Below the pieces are notes generated by a model. It searched no databases. It was not told where the DNA came from and saw nothing but the letters and a program-made list of their open reading frames with translations. Below, one piece after another: positions 52,637 through 63,100 of a stretch of 64,000 bases of DNA. The DNA is from Oscillospiraceae bacterium (GTDB lineage: Bacteria; Bacillota; Clostridia; Oscillospirales; CAG-272), in contig SVTW01000003.1 of the NCBI GenBank assembly GCA_015063585.1, positions 871 to 64,870 of the forward strand, in the 5' to 3' direction. Numbering within the stretch: the first letter of the stretch is position 1; each line of letters opens with the position of its first letter. A program made the position numbers and the translations under genes.

Positions 52637-54019
52637 TTAGGATTCGTTTGCGATATGTTGTTTGATTTTACGGTAGGTAAGGCCGCAGAAAAGGAAGTGC
52701 GTACCGGCGGTAAGGATCCAAGAAATGGGATAGGAGAGGTAGAGCATGAAAGGTGTTGGGAAAGCGGCGAAGATGGTGTAGATCCACACGATGCGGAACA
52801 GGCAGGAGCCCACGAGCGAGACGATCATTGGCGGGAGCGATTTTCCAAATCCGCGCATGACGCCGCATCCAACCTCCATCAGACCGCACAGAAAGTAGGT
52901 CACACCCATGATCGAAAGGCGGATCATTCCCGCATCAATCACGGCGGTGCCGTCGGTGAAGATCGAAAGCAGGGGTCTGCCAAACAGAAGCGCGAGACAG
53001 CCCACCGAGAGCCCCACGACCGTTACCACGCAGGCACTGAGCAGGATCGACCGTTTTACACGGTCTAATTTTTTTGCGCCGAGGTTTTGACCCACAAAGG
53101 TAAGCGCCGTGTGATAGAGCGCGTTTTGCGAGGCGTAGATGTAGGAATCAATGTTGCTCGCCGCGGTGTTGCCCGCCACGAACGCGACATTCCCAAACCC
53201 GTTGATCGAGGATTGGATCAGCACGTTGGAGAAGGAGAAAAGCGTTCCCTGGAGTCCCGCGGGAAGCCCGATGACGATGATCTTTTTGAGCTTTTCGGGA
53301 TAAACACGAAGTTCACGCAGTTCAATTTTACAGGGTCCGTCCATGCGCATCATGTAGATCAGAATGAGGACGCATGCAACCCAGTGCGAAGCGGCGGTTG
53401 CAATGCCGACACCGAGCGCGCCCAGCCCAAACACAAGCACCATTACAAGGTTGAGCCCCACGTTTGCAACACCCGCGGCCGAAAGAAAGATCAGCGGACG
53501 GGTGGTGTCACCCGACGAGCGCAGGATCGACGCGCAGTAGTTATACAGAATATTGGCAGGCATGCCGCAAAAATAAGCCATCATGTAGGGTACCGCCTCA
53601 TCGAGTACGGTGGGGTCGGTTTTCATCATGGCAAGCAGAGGGCGTGCCATGCAAAGTCCGAACACCGTGAGGAGAGCTCCGAAAAACAGCGAGACGATCA
53701 CCGATGTGTGCACCGTTCTTTTTACGTCACGGTATTGTTTTGCACCAATGTCATGCGCTACGCAAACGCCCGCGCCAACCGAAAGACCAAAGAAAAGGTT
53801 GACGATGAGGTTGATCAGCGCACCGCACGAGCCCACCGCCGCCAACGCCGTTTCGCGTTCGGCTGGTGTGTTGCCGCCCCATTGACCAACCACAACGGTG
53901 TCCGCCGTGTTGAACAACTGTTGCAAAAATGCCGTTGCGATCAACGGAAGCGTGAAAAGGATCATTTTGGGAAGAAGTGGTCCGTCCGTCAAATTTCGTT
54001 TAACTTTCGATGCTGCCAT
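52637..54019 (-). CDS. MATE family efflux transporter
   Basis: LTDGP, QQLFNTADT.VVG, ALAAVG, LRSSGDT.RPL and GQNLGA; about 12 TMs. Confidence 0.93.
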   Translation of the reverse strand: MAASKVKRNLTDGPLLPKMILFTLPLIATAFLQQLFNTADTVVVGQWGGNTPAERETALAAVGSCGALINLIVNLFFGLSVGAGVCVAHDIGAKQYRDVKRTVHTSVIVSLFFGALLTVFGLCMARPLLAMMKTDPTVLDEAVPYMMAYFCGMPANILYNYCASILRSSGDTTRPLIFLSAAGVANVGLNLVMVLVFGLGALGVGIATAASHWVACVLILIYMMRMDGPCKIELRELRVYPEKLKKIIVIGLPAGLQGTLFSFSNVLIQSSINGFGNVAFVAGNTAASNIDSYIYASQNALYHTALTFVGQNLGAKKLDRVKRSILLSACVVTVVGLSVGCLALLFGRPLLSIFTDGTAVIDAGMIRLSIMGVTYFLCGLMEVGCGVMRGFGKSLPPMIVSLVGSCLFRIVWIYTIFAAFPTPFMLYLSYPISWILTAGTHFLFCGLTYRKIKQHIANES

Positions 54020-54131
54020 GTCGGTTCCTTTCGTTGCGTGAAGACGTGATTCCATACGAATATATTATACCGCTATTGTGAATAAAGGTCAAGTTTTTTC
54101 CAAAAAATGTTGGTTCAAAAATTTTTACGGC

Positions 54132-54160
54132 TTGCTTTTTAAAGGGTTATGTGCTATAAT
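54132..54160 (+). promoter_or_regulatory. Sigma-A promoter of MFS gene
   Basis: TTGCTT-17-TATAAT with extended TG. Confidence 0.55.
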
Positions 54161-54193
54161 AATTGCGAAACATCAAGAAAGAAGGAATTTTTC

Positions 54194-55453
54194 GTGAACA
54201 CTTCCATTCGTCCGCGTGCGCGCGCAATTGCGTGGTCCTGTATGCTCATTTATTTTGCAAGTTATTTAATGCGAATTAACTTCGCCGTGATGATGGTGAA
54301 GATCTGCTCCGACCTCGCCGTGGAAAAAACCGACCTCGCCGTGGTTGTAACCGCGCTGACGATCGCCTACGGAACAGGTCAGATCATCAGCGGCTTGATG
54401 GGGGATAAGATCAAGCCTCAGCTGCTTCTCACCGTGGGACTCGCGCTTGCCGCCGTTTGTAACCTTGCCATGTTTTTTTGCACCGCCATCCATGCCATGA
54501 CGATTGTTTGGGCGGTCAACGGCTTTGCGCATTCGATGCTTTGGCCACCGATCGTGCGCCTGATGTCTATCTATCTGACCGACAGCGAATATAGCTACTC
54601 CGCCGTGCGCGTTTCGTGGGGATCTTCGTTCGCAACGATCTTTCTCTACCTCCTCTGCCCGCTGCTCCTGCAGGTAATTGCGTGGCGCGTGGTGATGCTT
54701 TTCTGTGCCTTTGGCGGTTTGGCGATTATGGTGTTCTGGATGCTCGTTCACCCGCGCCTTTTCACCGACCCCGTTGCAAATTCGCGCAATACGTCTGCAA
54801 AAAACGATCCGTCCGAGCCCCAAAAACGCCTCCCCGTTCCTCGCTTCGTTTACTTCCCCATCGCCCTGATTATGCTCGGTATTATTCTGCAGGGCATGCT
54901 TCGTGACGGCGTTCAAACCTGGATGCCCAGCATTCTCTCCGAAACCTTCCCCGAAATTGTGACCCAGGAAGGCTCGATTGCGCTTACGGTTGTGCTTGCC
55001 ATCTTCAGCGTCATCAGCTTCTCGGTGTTCGATAAACTTCACCGCGCGGTCTTTCAAAATGAGGTCTTTTGCGCCGGCATGATCTTTATTCTCTCCGCCG
55101 CGTCGGCTTTGATTTTGTACGTGGTGGGACTCTTTACAAGCAACATCATCGTTTCCGTGCTCTTTATGGGTACGATCGTTGCCTGCATGCACGGGATTAA
55201 TCTTATGCTGATCACCGTGGTTCCAAAACGCTTTGTCAAGAGCGGAAAGGTTTCTACCTATTCGGGACTCCTGAATGCCTGCACCTACATCGGCGCAGCC
55301 ATTTCTACCTACGGTTTTGCCGCTATCGCGGAATCCTTCGGCTGGAATTTTACCATTCTCTCGTGGGTCATCATCTCTGTCCTCGGGATCGTTGCCTGCC
55401 TCGCCGCTACCCCCCATTGGAAAAAATTCCGCCGCGATTACGCGGATCCATAA
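54194..55453 (+). CDS. MFS transporter (GlpT/OPA-like)
   Basis: YFASYLMRINF, YGTGQIISGLMGD and W.VNGF.HSMLWPP; about 12 TMs; GTG start inferred. Confidence 0.88.
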   Translation: MNTSIRPRARAIAWSCMLIYFASYLMRINFAVMMVKICSDLAVEKTDLAVVVTALTIAYGTGQIISGLMGDKIKPQLLLTVGLALAAVCNLAMFFCTAIHAMTIVWAVNGFAHSMLWPPIVRLMSIYLTDSEYSYSAVRVSWGSSFATIFLYLLCPLLLQVIAWRVVMLFCAFGGLAIMVFWMLVHPRLFTDPVANSRNTSAKNDPSEPQKRLPVPRFVYFPIALIMLGIILQGMLRDGVQTWMPSILSETFPEIVTQEGSIALTVVLAIFSVISFSVFDKLHRAVFQNEVFCAGMIFILSAASALILYVVGLFTSNIIVSVLFMGTIVACMHGINLMLITVVPKRFVKSGKVSTYSGLLNACTYIGAAISTYGFAAIAESFGWNFTILSWVIISVLGIVACLAATPHWKKFRRDYADP

Positions 55454-55480
55454 ACGAAATCATGCAGAGCTTGTGTGGAA

Positions 55481-55511
55481 GACTTTTGCAAAAGTCCCCC
55501 ATACACCCCAA
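55481..55511 (+). repeat. Isolated K-type palindrome fragment
   Basis: GACTTTTGCAAAAGTCCCCC..CACCCCAA, as at about 31915-31950. Confidence 0.7.
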
Positions 55512-55537
55512 TCGACACCCATAAAAGGAGAACGTAT

Positions 55538-56434
55538 ATGAAAAAGATCAGCATTTCCATAGGCGGCTTGCAACGGAAATACGGCGACCGCCGCGCGCTT
55601 GAAATTGCCAAGGAGATCGGTTGCGATGCCGTGGACTTTGATTTAACATGCTATGATACCCGCAAAAAAGATACTGTTTACGCCATGGACGAGCAGAGCG
55701 TGCGCACGTATTTTGAGGACCTGCGCCTTTACGCGGAACCGCTGGGTCTTGCGGTCGCGCAAACACATGGACGCATCAAGGGCTTTATCAACGACCCCAC
55801 CGAGGACGACGCGTTGGTGGAAAACGCAAGGCTTGACTGCATTGCCACAAAGGCATTGGGCGCGCCCTATTGCGTGATGCATACCACAACCTCGATCCAT
55901 ATGGGCGCGGACCCCGACCCTGCGCTGATGCACAAGCTCAATTATGATATGTTCACGCGGATCCTGCCCTTTGCAAAGGAAAACGGCGTGGTGATTGCCA
56001 CCGAGACCTTTGGAGACGCGCCGAAGCTTGGATGCTGCGACTTTTTCGGCAACCTGCATGAGTTTATCAAGGGCTACAACCGCGTTTGCGCCTGCGGGGA
56101 CTATGCCGATTGGTTCAAGATCTGTATGGATACGGGCCATACCCACAAGGCAACGCGATTTGATAACCCGTCCGTGGGGGAAACGATCCGCTTGCTCGGC
56201 AAGAACATCGTTTGCCTGCACCTGCATGACAACGACCGCATTACCGATCAGCATAAGATCCCCTTTACCTGCACCATTGATTGGAATGACGCGCTCGCGG
56301 CACTTGACGAGATCGGCTACAGCGGCATTTGGAACGCGGAGGTTGCGCTCGGACGGCATTTTGGAAGGGATTTTGAAATTGAGACTGCCGCCTTCTGCGT
56401 AAAGGTGATGAACAACGTGCTCAACAATCCGTAA
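55538..56434 (+). CDS. Sugar phosphate isomerase/epimerase (AP endonuclease-2 TIM barrel)
   Basis: QTH, VMH, ATE, MDTGH, LHLHDND, DQH.IP and NAE. Confidence 0.87.
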   Translation: MKKISISIGGLQRKYGDRRALEIAKEIGCDAVDFDLTCYDTRKKDTVYAMDEQSVRTYFEDLRLYAEPLGLAVAQTHGRIKGFINDPTEDDALVENARLDCIATKALGAPYCVMHTTTSIHMGADPDPALMHKLNYDMFTRILPFAKENGVVIATETFGDAPKLGCCDFFGNLHEFIKGYNRVCACGDYADWFKICMDTGHTHKATRFDNPSVGETIRLLGKNIVCLHLHDNDRITDQHKIPFTCTIDWNDALAALDEIGYSGIWNAEVALGRHFGRDFEIETAAFCVKVMNNVLNNP

Positions 56435-56500
56435 ACCGACCAACCGGACACCGCCCCTCCCCCTCGCCCCGCTCTTGCGTGCGGAAAGCCGAAAAATTGA

Positions 56501-56588
56501 AAATAAAACAACACGTATTGCGAAATAAATCAACACGTATTGAAAAATAAATCAACACGTATTGCGAAATATCAACACACGTAGTGAA
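56501..56588 (+). repeat. Four tandem 22-bp repeats (AAATAAATCAACACGTATTGCG) at the island boundary
   Basis: Units start at 56501, 56523, 56545 and 56567; they coincide with the drop in GC content. Confidence 0.88.
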
Positions 56589-56844
56589 AAAAGGACTCCC
56601 CAGCCAATCAATGTCATTAAGTTAAGCAACTTTTAGTTCTAAAAAGGTTTCAAACTTGATTGACTTGATGGCAGTCTCGCCCGAAGCCGTTAAGTTAAGA
56701 CGGCGTAAAAAAGGAAACAGCATCTCGGATTTGATTCCAGTGGTGCTGTTTCCTTTTTGTTTAATAATATTATTGCTTTTTTGTTTTTTTACACACTTTT
56801 TAAGAATGATAGGCACGCCAAAAGGACAGGAGGTTAAGCCTGTC

Positions 56845-58167
56845 TTATGCGGCGACACGATATGCAAACCAGGTGAAAGATTTTGCCTGAACATTTTTGC
56901 GCTTGTCTTTTCGTCCCGGTCTATGTGGCAATGTATATCGCAATATTTCTATTTCTAATTCTCTGAAATCCTTGCTGCGATTTCTAAAGAAATCCAAGCA
57001 AAGTTGAATGGCTGCTGTATGGTTCACAACATAAACATTCTTATTTTGCTTGCTTTGATAGATTACAATCTCTCCTATGATACTTTCGCTATAATTGTAC
57101 TTGATCAAGGAAATATAGATTTCTTGTAACGCCATATCCAAGCCCTTGGCTTTTATATGAGCTAACCCCGTAGCATATTTTAAATGTCTGAAGGAAGTTT
57201 CAATTCCCCAACGTTTGTGATAAAGCTCTTTTAAGTCATCACGAGAAAACCTGTTACGCGGCAAGGTTGTAACAAGCGTCTCATATTTTCCTGTATCTAA
57301 TTTGAATCGAACCACTCGAATCTTTAAATCATACGGCGACGAAAAATCCCATTTTGAAATAGCGGTTTTAGGGCTGTTCTTTTTACCTTTCTTGCTTCCT
57401 GTCTGTATAAAATGTCTTCCTGCCGCTTTGTCTTCTTTGGTTTGTCTTGTGGTAATCCCGATCCTAAGATCGCAATCCAATTCTGTCATTGGAAGAGCTG
57501 CGATTTCTCGAACAGCGCCTTTTCCTTGCTTGACTCTCAAAATAAGATCTAAATGCTTGCTTTCTACAAAATGTGCCATAACATTAAAGCTTTCATAGCC
57601 TCTGTCGGCTATCACAATTGCTTTTTCATTTGGATCCAAATTAGGCAACATTTTGATCAGGGCATTTCTTTCATCTGCCACGCGTTTTCCTTGGGCTATA
57701 GCACACAAAAACGCATTATTGTAGAGATCATACAGAGCATTCAAATGCATCAAAGAGTACGGCTTTTCTCCTTCCTTTGAAACCAATGTATCTCCCTCGT
57801 TGGGGAAAATATTGATGTCCGTTCCGTCAACTGCAAAAAGCCGATATCCTTTGTGTTTGTTTTTGAAAGCACATTTCTTAATGAACATTTCATGTATGGC
57901 AAGAAATGCTGTGCTGAGTAACTTTTGACGCTGTTGAACAAGCGCAGACTTGGTGACATCGGTGTTGGCGTACTTTGAATACTTTATGATTTCCTGCGTC
58001 AGTGAGCCTCCGCCCATATTAATCAACATATGAATCAGATCCTCTAAACCGAGCTTGCGATTTCTGCTAAAATCCTTTCCCGGATTTGTAACGTATTGGT
58101 CTTTGTTTCGGATCACTCCTTGAATAGCTTCTTCCAGATATCTGCTTGCTACATTCGCTTTCGGCAT
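56845..58167 (-). CDS. IS4 family DDE transposase
   Basis: DFSRNRKL, AVDGT, IADRGY and LYHKRWGIETSFRHLK (Y-R-E-K signature). Confidence 0.92.
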   Translation of the reverse strand: MPKANVASRYLEEAIQGVIRNKDQYVTNPGKDFSRNRKLGLEDLIHMLINMGGGSLTQEIIKYSKYANTDVTKSALVQQRQKLLSTAFLAIHEMFIKKCAFKNKHKGYRLFAVDGTDINIFPNEGDTLVSKEGEKPYSLMHLNALYDLYNNAFLCAIAQGKRVADERNALIKMLPNLDPNEKAIVIADRGYESFNVMAHFVESKHLDLILRVKQGKGAVREIAALPMTELDCDLRIGITTRQTKEDKAAGRHFIQTGSKKGKKNSPKTAISKWDFSSPYDLKIRVVRFKLDTGKYETLVTTLPRNRFSRDDLKELYHKRWGIETSFRHLKYATGLAHIKAKGLDMALQEIYISLIKYNYSESIIGEIVIYQSKQNKNVYVVNHTAAIQLCLDFFRNRSKDFRELEIEILRYTLPHRPGRKDKRKNVQAKSFTWFAYRVAA

Positions 58168-58211
58168 TTCTTGCCCCTCCTTTCTTTGTCTTTTTACCTT
58201 TCTAAACGGTG

Positions 58212-58475
58212 TTACGTTTTTCGACCATGCAGTTGAATACGAAGGCGAACAACTTCCTGTTGCAGTTGCTTTTTCGTCATACCGGTTACGCGGCAGAGCT
58301 CGATCAGTTCCCGAAAGACTTTATGCTTGTATAGATAAGTCCGAGATACTCCCGCAGCGGCTGAAACTGTTTGATAATTGATCGCTTCACCGTTTTCGAT
58401 CATTTTTTCGATGATCGCCTGTGTTTGCAGGTGCTTTGCTACTGCTTCCTTTTTTGTTTCTTCAATCAATCCCAT
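58212..58475 (-). CDS. DUF6262 / TnpC-like small HTH protein
   Basis: AI.KM...GE.INYQTVS.AAGVSRTYLYKH...RELIE followed by a short coiled coil. Confidence 0.75.
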   Translation of the reverse strand: MGLIEETKKEAVAKHLQTQAIIEKMIENGEAINYQTVSAAAGVSRTYLYKHKVFRELIELCRVTGMTKKQLQQEVVRLRIQLHGRKT

Positions 58476-58620
58476 GATTACAATTTGCAGAAATTACGCA
58501 ACCTCGCATATATTATAACGCCCCAAATCACTCGTGTAAAGAAAAACACCAAGTCACTTGCCGTTTGGGTGGACTTGGCTTGTTTTAGTTACAATGACAG
58601 TGGTTCAATGGTCAAAAACA

Positions 58621-58649
58621 TTGACATAAGACTCCAATTATGGTATAAT
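58621..58649 (+). promoter_or_regulatory. Consensus sigma-A promoter
   Basis: TTGACA-17-TATAAT with extended TG. Confidence 0.75.
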
Positions 58650-58684
58650 ATTGATAGATGAAAAAGGCGCGGGAGGATGTAAAA

Positions 58685-59866
58685 ATGATTGCAGATCTGT
58701 TGGATAGCGGTTTGTATGAAATTGAAAATAAGACTCCTGCGAACGAAGATAACCCTTTGGAAAAGCTTCGTCTTCGGTATTTACCGGTTGCCTCAGAATG
58801 CCCAAAATGCAAATCCTCTAACTTTATTAAAAAAACCGCATCTACGCGCACGATTATAGATGTGTTGGGCAATCAACCCATCGAAATTACGGTTGTAAAG
58901 CAACGCTACAAATGCTCTTGCGGCAAGACCTTTACATTGAAAGATGATACGGATTATCCCGATCGTATGCATATTACAAAAGAAACATCCGACAAGCTTG
59001 GAACTATGATCTTGGGGGATGCGGATCTTTCCATCACGCAGGCAGGTGAAATGTTTGGTGTTGGCAGAACAACCGCATCGAAAGCATTGCATCAAAAGAT
59101 CAAGGAGTTAGCCGATCAAACCTTTTCGGTAGCGCCTTGTGTGAAAATCTCTTATATCCCGTTTTATTTTACGAACAAAGAACGTTGTGCGATTGCGGGA
59201 ATTGATCGATTCGGAACTGCATTTTTGTTGGACATCATAGACGAGTATTCCGAAGAACGGCTATCTCGTTTCTTTCCTAAAACAGACTCCTTTAAGAATG
59301 ACATCTCGGTTTCCTTTTGCAAGTTGGATTCAACCGTCACACAAGCGATCCGCACGCACAATTCCGCTGACGTCGGAATCGTGCACCGCTGTGTTTCTGA
59401 TTATATAGAAAAAGCAAGGGAAAAAGTTGGAGACGCATTATATGCCGAAAAGTATGATGTCCTTGCCGATTTGGAGCGAGTAATGTTTTCTCAGCCTTCC
59501 GTACAGTTCGGTTTGATATTTAGTGATTGGAAAGCCGCCCTTTCCTCAGAAGTTCGGGATGCTTTGAGTTCCTTTATCGAAACTGTGAACACGTTCTTTC
59601 AGGAATGCACCGTTACGACGATGCATCCTAAAAAAGATACGTCGTTTAAGAAGTTGAGGGAGATTATTACCAAATTCCGCAAGGATCGCACCAATTTCGA
59701 CACGATGGTGTTTCGCTTGTTATATGCTAACAAGACCGCGATGTCTACACCCAACGGCCCGCACATTTGGAATTCGATCAACAGCATGATGGCACCTGTT
59801 ACCGGTGGCATGTCGGAGTTTGGGGTGGATATTGATGCGTTGTATGAGGAGATATTAAAATCTTGA
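58685..59866 (+). CDS. ISL3-transposase-like protein with degenerate catalytic motifs
   Basis: Zinc finger CPKC...RTIIDV...QRYKCSCGKTF, HTH (SITQAGEMFGVGRTT) and FDTMVFRLLY C-terminus; ATG after GGGAGG. Confidence 0.7.
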   Translation: MIADLLDSGLYEIENKTPANEDNPLEKLRLRYLPVASECPKCKSSNFIKKTASTRTIIDVLGNQPIEITVVKQRYKCSCGKTFTLKDDTDYPDRMHITKETSDKLGTMILGDADLSITQAGEMFGVGRTTASKALHQKIKELADQTFSVAPCVKISYIPFYFTNKERCAIAGIDRFGTAFLLDIIDEYSEERLSRFFPKTDSFKNDISVSFCKLDSTVTQAIRTHNSADVGIVHRCVSDYIEKAREKVGDALYAEKYDVLADLERVMFSQPSVQFGLIFSDWKAALSSEVRDALSSFIETVNTFFQECTVTTMHPKKDTSFKKLREIITKFRKDRTNFDTMVFRLLYANKTAMSTPNGPHIWNSINSMMAPVTGGMSEFGVDIDALYEEILKS

Positions 59867-59882
59867 AACGTCACCCTTTATC

Positions 59883-59922
59883 AAAAAAGCTACGCAATTT
59901 TAGATGGTTGCGTAGCTTTTTT
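59883..59922 (+). terminator. Intrinsic terminator (bidirectional type)
   Basis: AAAAAAGCTACGCAA...TTGCGTAGCTTTTTT. Confidence 0.8.
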
Positions 59923-60117
59923 ATAACCTTCCAAAACACAATATATAGATGATGCTTTGTGAAATGATTGTAAACAACACAACACATTGCGCTGACAGGT
60001 TGATTTGACATGAAAAATATGGTATAATATTGGTATCAAAAGTTAATTTTTAACACCTTAAATTATGTAAGTTCCAACTACAAAAGCATACAAGGAAAAA
60101 CAAAATGGAGGCGAAAA

Positions 60118-63100
60118 ATGATAAATAAAATCTTTTCGGCTGTTGGTAAGGCTATTGATGGTGCCTTTTCATCTTTTGGTAACAAGAAAATGCTTGAAAA
60201 GGCAACGGCTTTCTGCGATGAAAAAATTAAATTTCCAAAACTGATAAAGGAAATTGAAACAAAAATCGAGGAGAAATATGATCAATATTCTTTTTATAAC
60301 GATTTAAATGCTTATCTTGTAGATAATAAAGTTATCCCCCTGCTTTTTGCGACTTTTGGAGAAGGTGGCAATAATATTCCTACAGAATCTCAATTTCGAA
60401 AACTCCACCTAACCAATTTTTCAAAAAAATATAAGCAGTATTCTCGTTATGAAAAAAGCTTTATAAGTGAATGTTTAAGTTTCATCTACGGCGAAGTACA
60501 AAAAGGAGTCATTGATTTAAATGCTCACACCGAAAGCGGCAAGTTTCATATTGCCATCAATCTTGCCACTGCACAAGGTTTGGAAGCTTGTTCTGAAATA
60601 AAGGAAGGCCAAAAAGATATTAAGAGCGAAACAACTCAAATAAAAGAAATGCTTTCTGAGTTGTGTGCCCGCATTCCTCAAACAACGATTCAACATCAGC
60701 AAATAACCGCTACAACCATCGATGACATTGGAGCTATGTCTGAAAAAATTTCAAACTTTTTGAAAAAAATCGATTTGGTTGGTACGGCCGAAAATCCGGT
60801 TGCGAACGATGAAGATGCAATAATTAAATATCAAGAACTTTCCGCTGAAGCCTTAACAACGCTGCTGGGGGAGAATGCGGCTCAGGTGAATCTGGTTATT
60901 GGTTCTCTTCAATGTCATATTGCCATCCATCATAGTAACTTGGGGCAAATTGACAAGGCTTTTCAGTGTTTGGAGAACGTCCCTACAGATGCGGTGAAAG
61001 GAAGTAAATTATATCATTTTGTAATAGCCGTAATAATTGTTAATCATGGCATCGAAGAAAAATACGATATAGCATCTGCCAGTGTTAATCGCGCACTCGA
61101 ATTGGATGCAAACTATCATAGAGCTTTTTTGGTTGGACAATATCTGTCTGTGTTGCGAAAAGCTGATTCCTTGGAAGCTATTCTTACGGCTTTGGATTCT
61201 CGTTTTGCGCCTATTTTAGAAGAAAACAGTGATTGCACTTTGATCGCAGATTATTTTATTTATCGAGGATTTATTTGCAAAGAGTTTGTTGAATTTGATG
61301 CTGCAGAACAAGCATTTATTAAGGCAAAAGAGTTTGGGTATGACGAATTGGTTTCCGATTATAATATCGGGTTATTGTACTATACTCGTGCAACGCAAAA
61401 TGTTCCAAAAAACACACGAGTTTTTTGTGCTAAAGTAGATACGTCTTTGCTTATAAAGACAATCGATTTATTCAAACCGTGGCTTTTTGATAGAGCAGGT
61501 AGCATTCCGGTATTTATTAAATCGCGAATGGTAGGGCTCTATGCGTCTGCGTGTTCGATCATTGGAATTAAACACGATTTGAAACCAATCGAACAATATA
61601 TTAAGCTCCCCAATTTGGAATATGAAGTCCAAAGAATTCTTGCTTTTGGCACAGACCAGCAAATCGGAGATGAAATTGTTGGGCTACTTGCCCCCGAGGA
61701 TCAGTTGTACGCACAGATTGTAAATTGCGTCAACGCGGATCGTTACAGTGATATTCCATCCATTTTTGCCAATATGACTGACGAACAACTCTCGATTCAA
61801 CCCGCTCCTACAATTTTTATGATATTGCAGGCATGTATTATTAACAAAGATGTCGATGGTTATCAAAGATACCGTGCTTTTATTAAACCGACTGATGAAA
61901 CTGATCATATTGAGTGTTTCGACGCATATATGCTTGAGCAAGAAGGAAACATTGAAAAAGCAAAAGAGATACTTGATAAATATGCTTTTTCGTCGGTTGA
62001 CTATCATCTTTTAAGCAATATTTTACGCTTTTATGCAAGAAATAATTTTGATGCTGAACGTGAAAAGTTGTTTTTGTATTTATTGAATGCTTCTCAGGAA
62101 AAACGGATCTTTATTGATGACAAACTGGATCTTTACGAAAAGGCAATCCATTTTTTTATCAGTCAAAAATCTGATTATGCAAAACATTTTGTTGACGATA
62201 TTCAAGAGGATACCGTGTTAGCGTGGCGGTTGAAAGCTTATTATTATGAAGCTATTGGTGATATTCATAATTTGTTGTCTGCTATAAGCGAGCTCGCCAA
62301 TAAAGAACAAGGTAAGCAACTTGAGCATACGAAAAACAAATGCATTTGTCTTTTAAAACTTATGCGATACGAGGATGCGCTAATAGAATCCAAAGCTCTT
62401 TTAGAAACTGTCCACGAAAACAACATCAAGGATCGCACACAAATCCTTTGGATAATCAGTACCGCATATCTGTTCCTTGGTGATGAAGCAAACAGTGTCT
62501 CATGGGCGAATAAGGCGCATGAGTTAACAGTACCTATCCCTTCCGATAAAAGCCATCAAGCATATTTTGCTCGAGCAATGCGAGTGGGAGCATCTGAGGA
62601 CTCCTTGGGATCAATATTAGAGTATCAGAAGATGCACCCTGTAGCGGTCGATTGGTTGAAAGCGATTAAACTACCCGAAAATTCAACCGGAGAGGATTTT
62701 GTAAATGCCTTGAATGAAATGACCGGTTATTCGCATGAAAAATATATGCAAAGAGAAAAAGAGTTTCTCTCATATTATAATTCGGATATTGGGTTTCCAA
62801 ATTCACTTTTGCTAAAACACTGTGGTGACAATTTAAATTCCTTCTTTGCTCTTTTCTCAAAAAACAAATTGCGAGTTGCTAATGGCAATCCCAATAATCT
62901 TGAAAAAAGCCAAAAGTTGATAGGAGAACATGTTATTGTCGATACACTTACCTTAATCGTACTTTATCGATATGGTTGTTTAGAAGCCTTAGAGAAGATT
63001 CCTAACATTCATATTTGTTATTCGACGCTTGCAAGGATGCAAGATTATTATCAGACTTTAAGCGCTGGATATGTTGGAGAACTTTTAAGGTGGATGAGTG

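Larger units (their letters stand above)
56609..58602 (-). mobile_element. Putative IS4-family element (transposase + DUF6262-like ORF)
   Basis: Left end CAATGTCATTAAGTTAAG (56609); possible right end TTTAGTTACAATGACAGTG (58584-58602, imperfect inverted repeat); no target duplication seen. Confidence 0.55.

Noticed and set aside
56501-56588. Tn7-like end (22-bp TnsB sites) or mini-CRISPR
   Set aside because: No terminal TGT/ACA end or tns genes in the window, and the repeats are contiguous without spacers.
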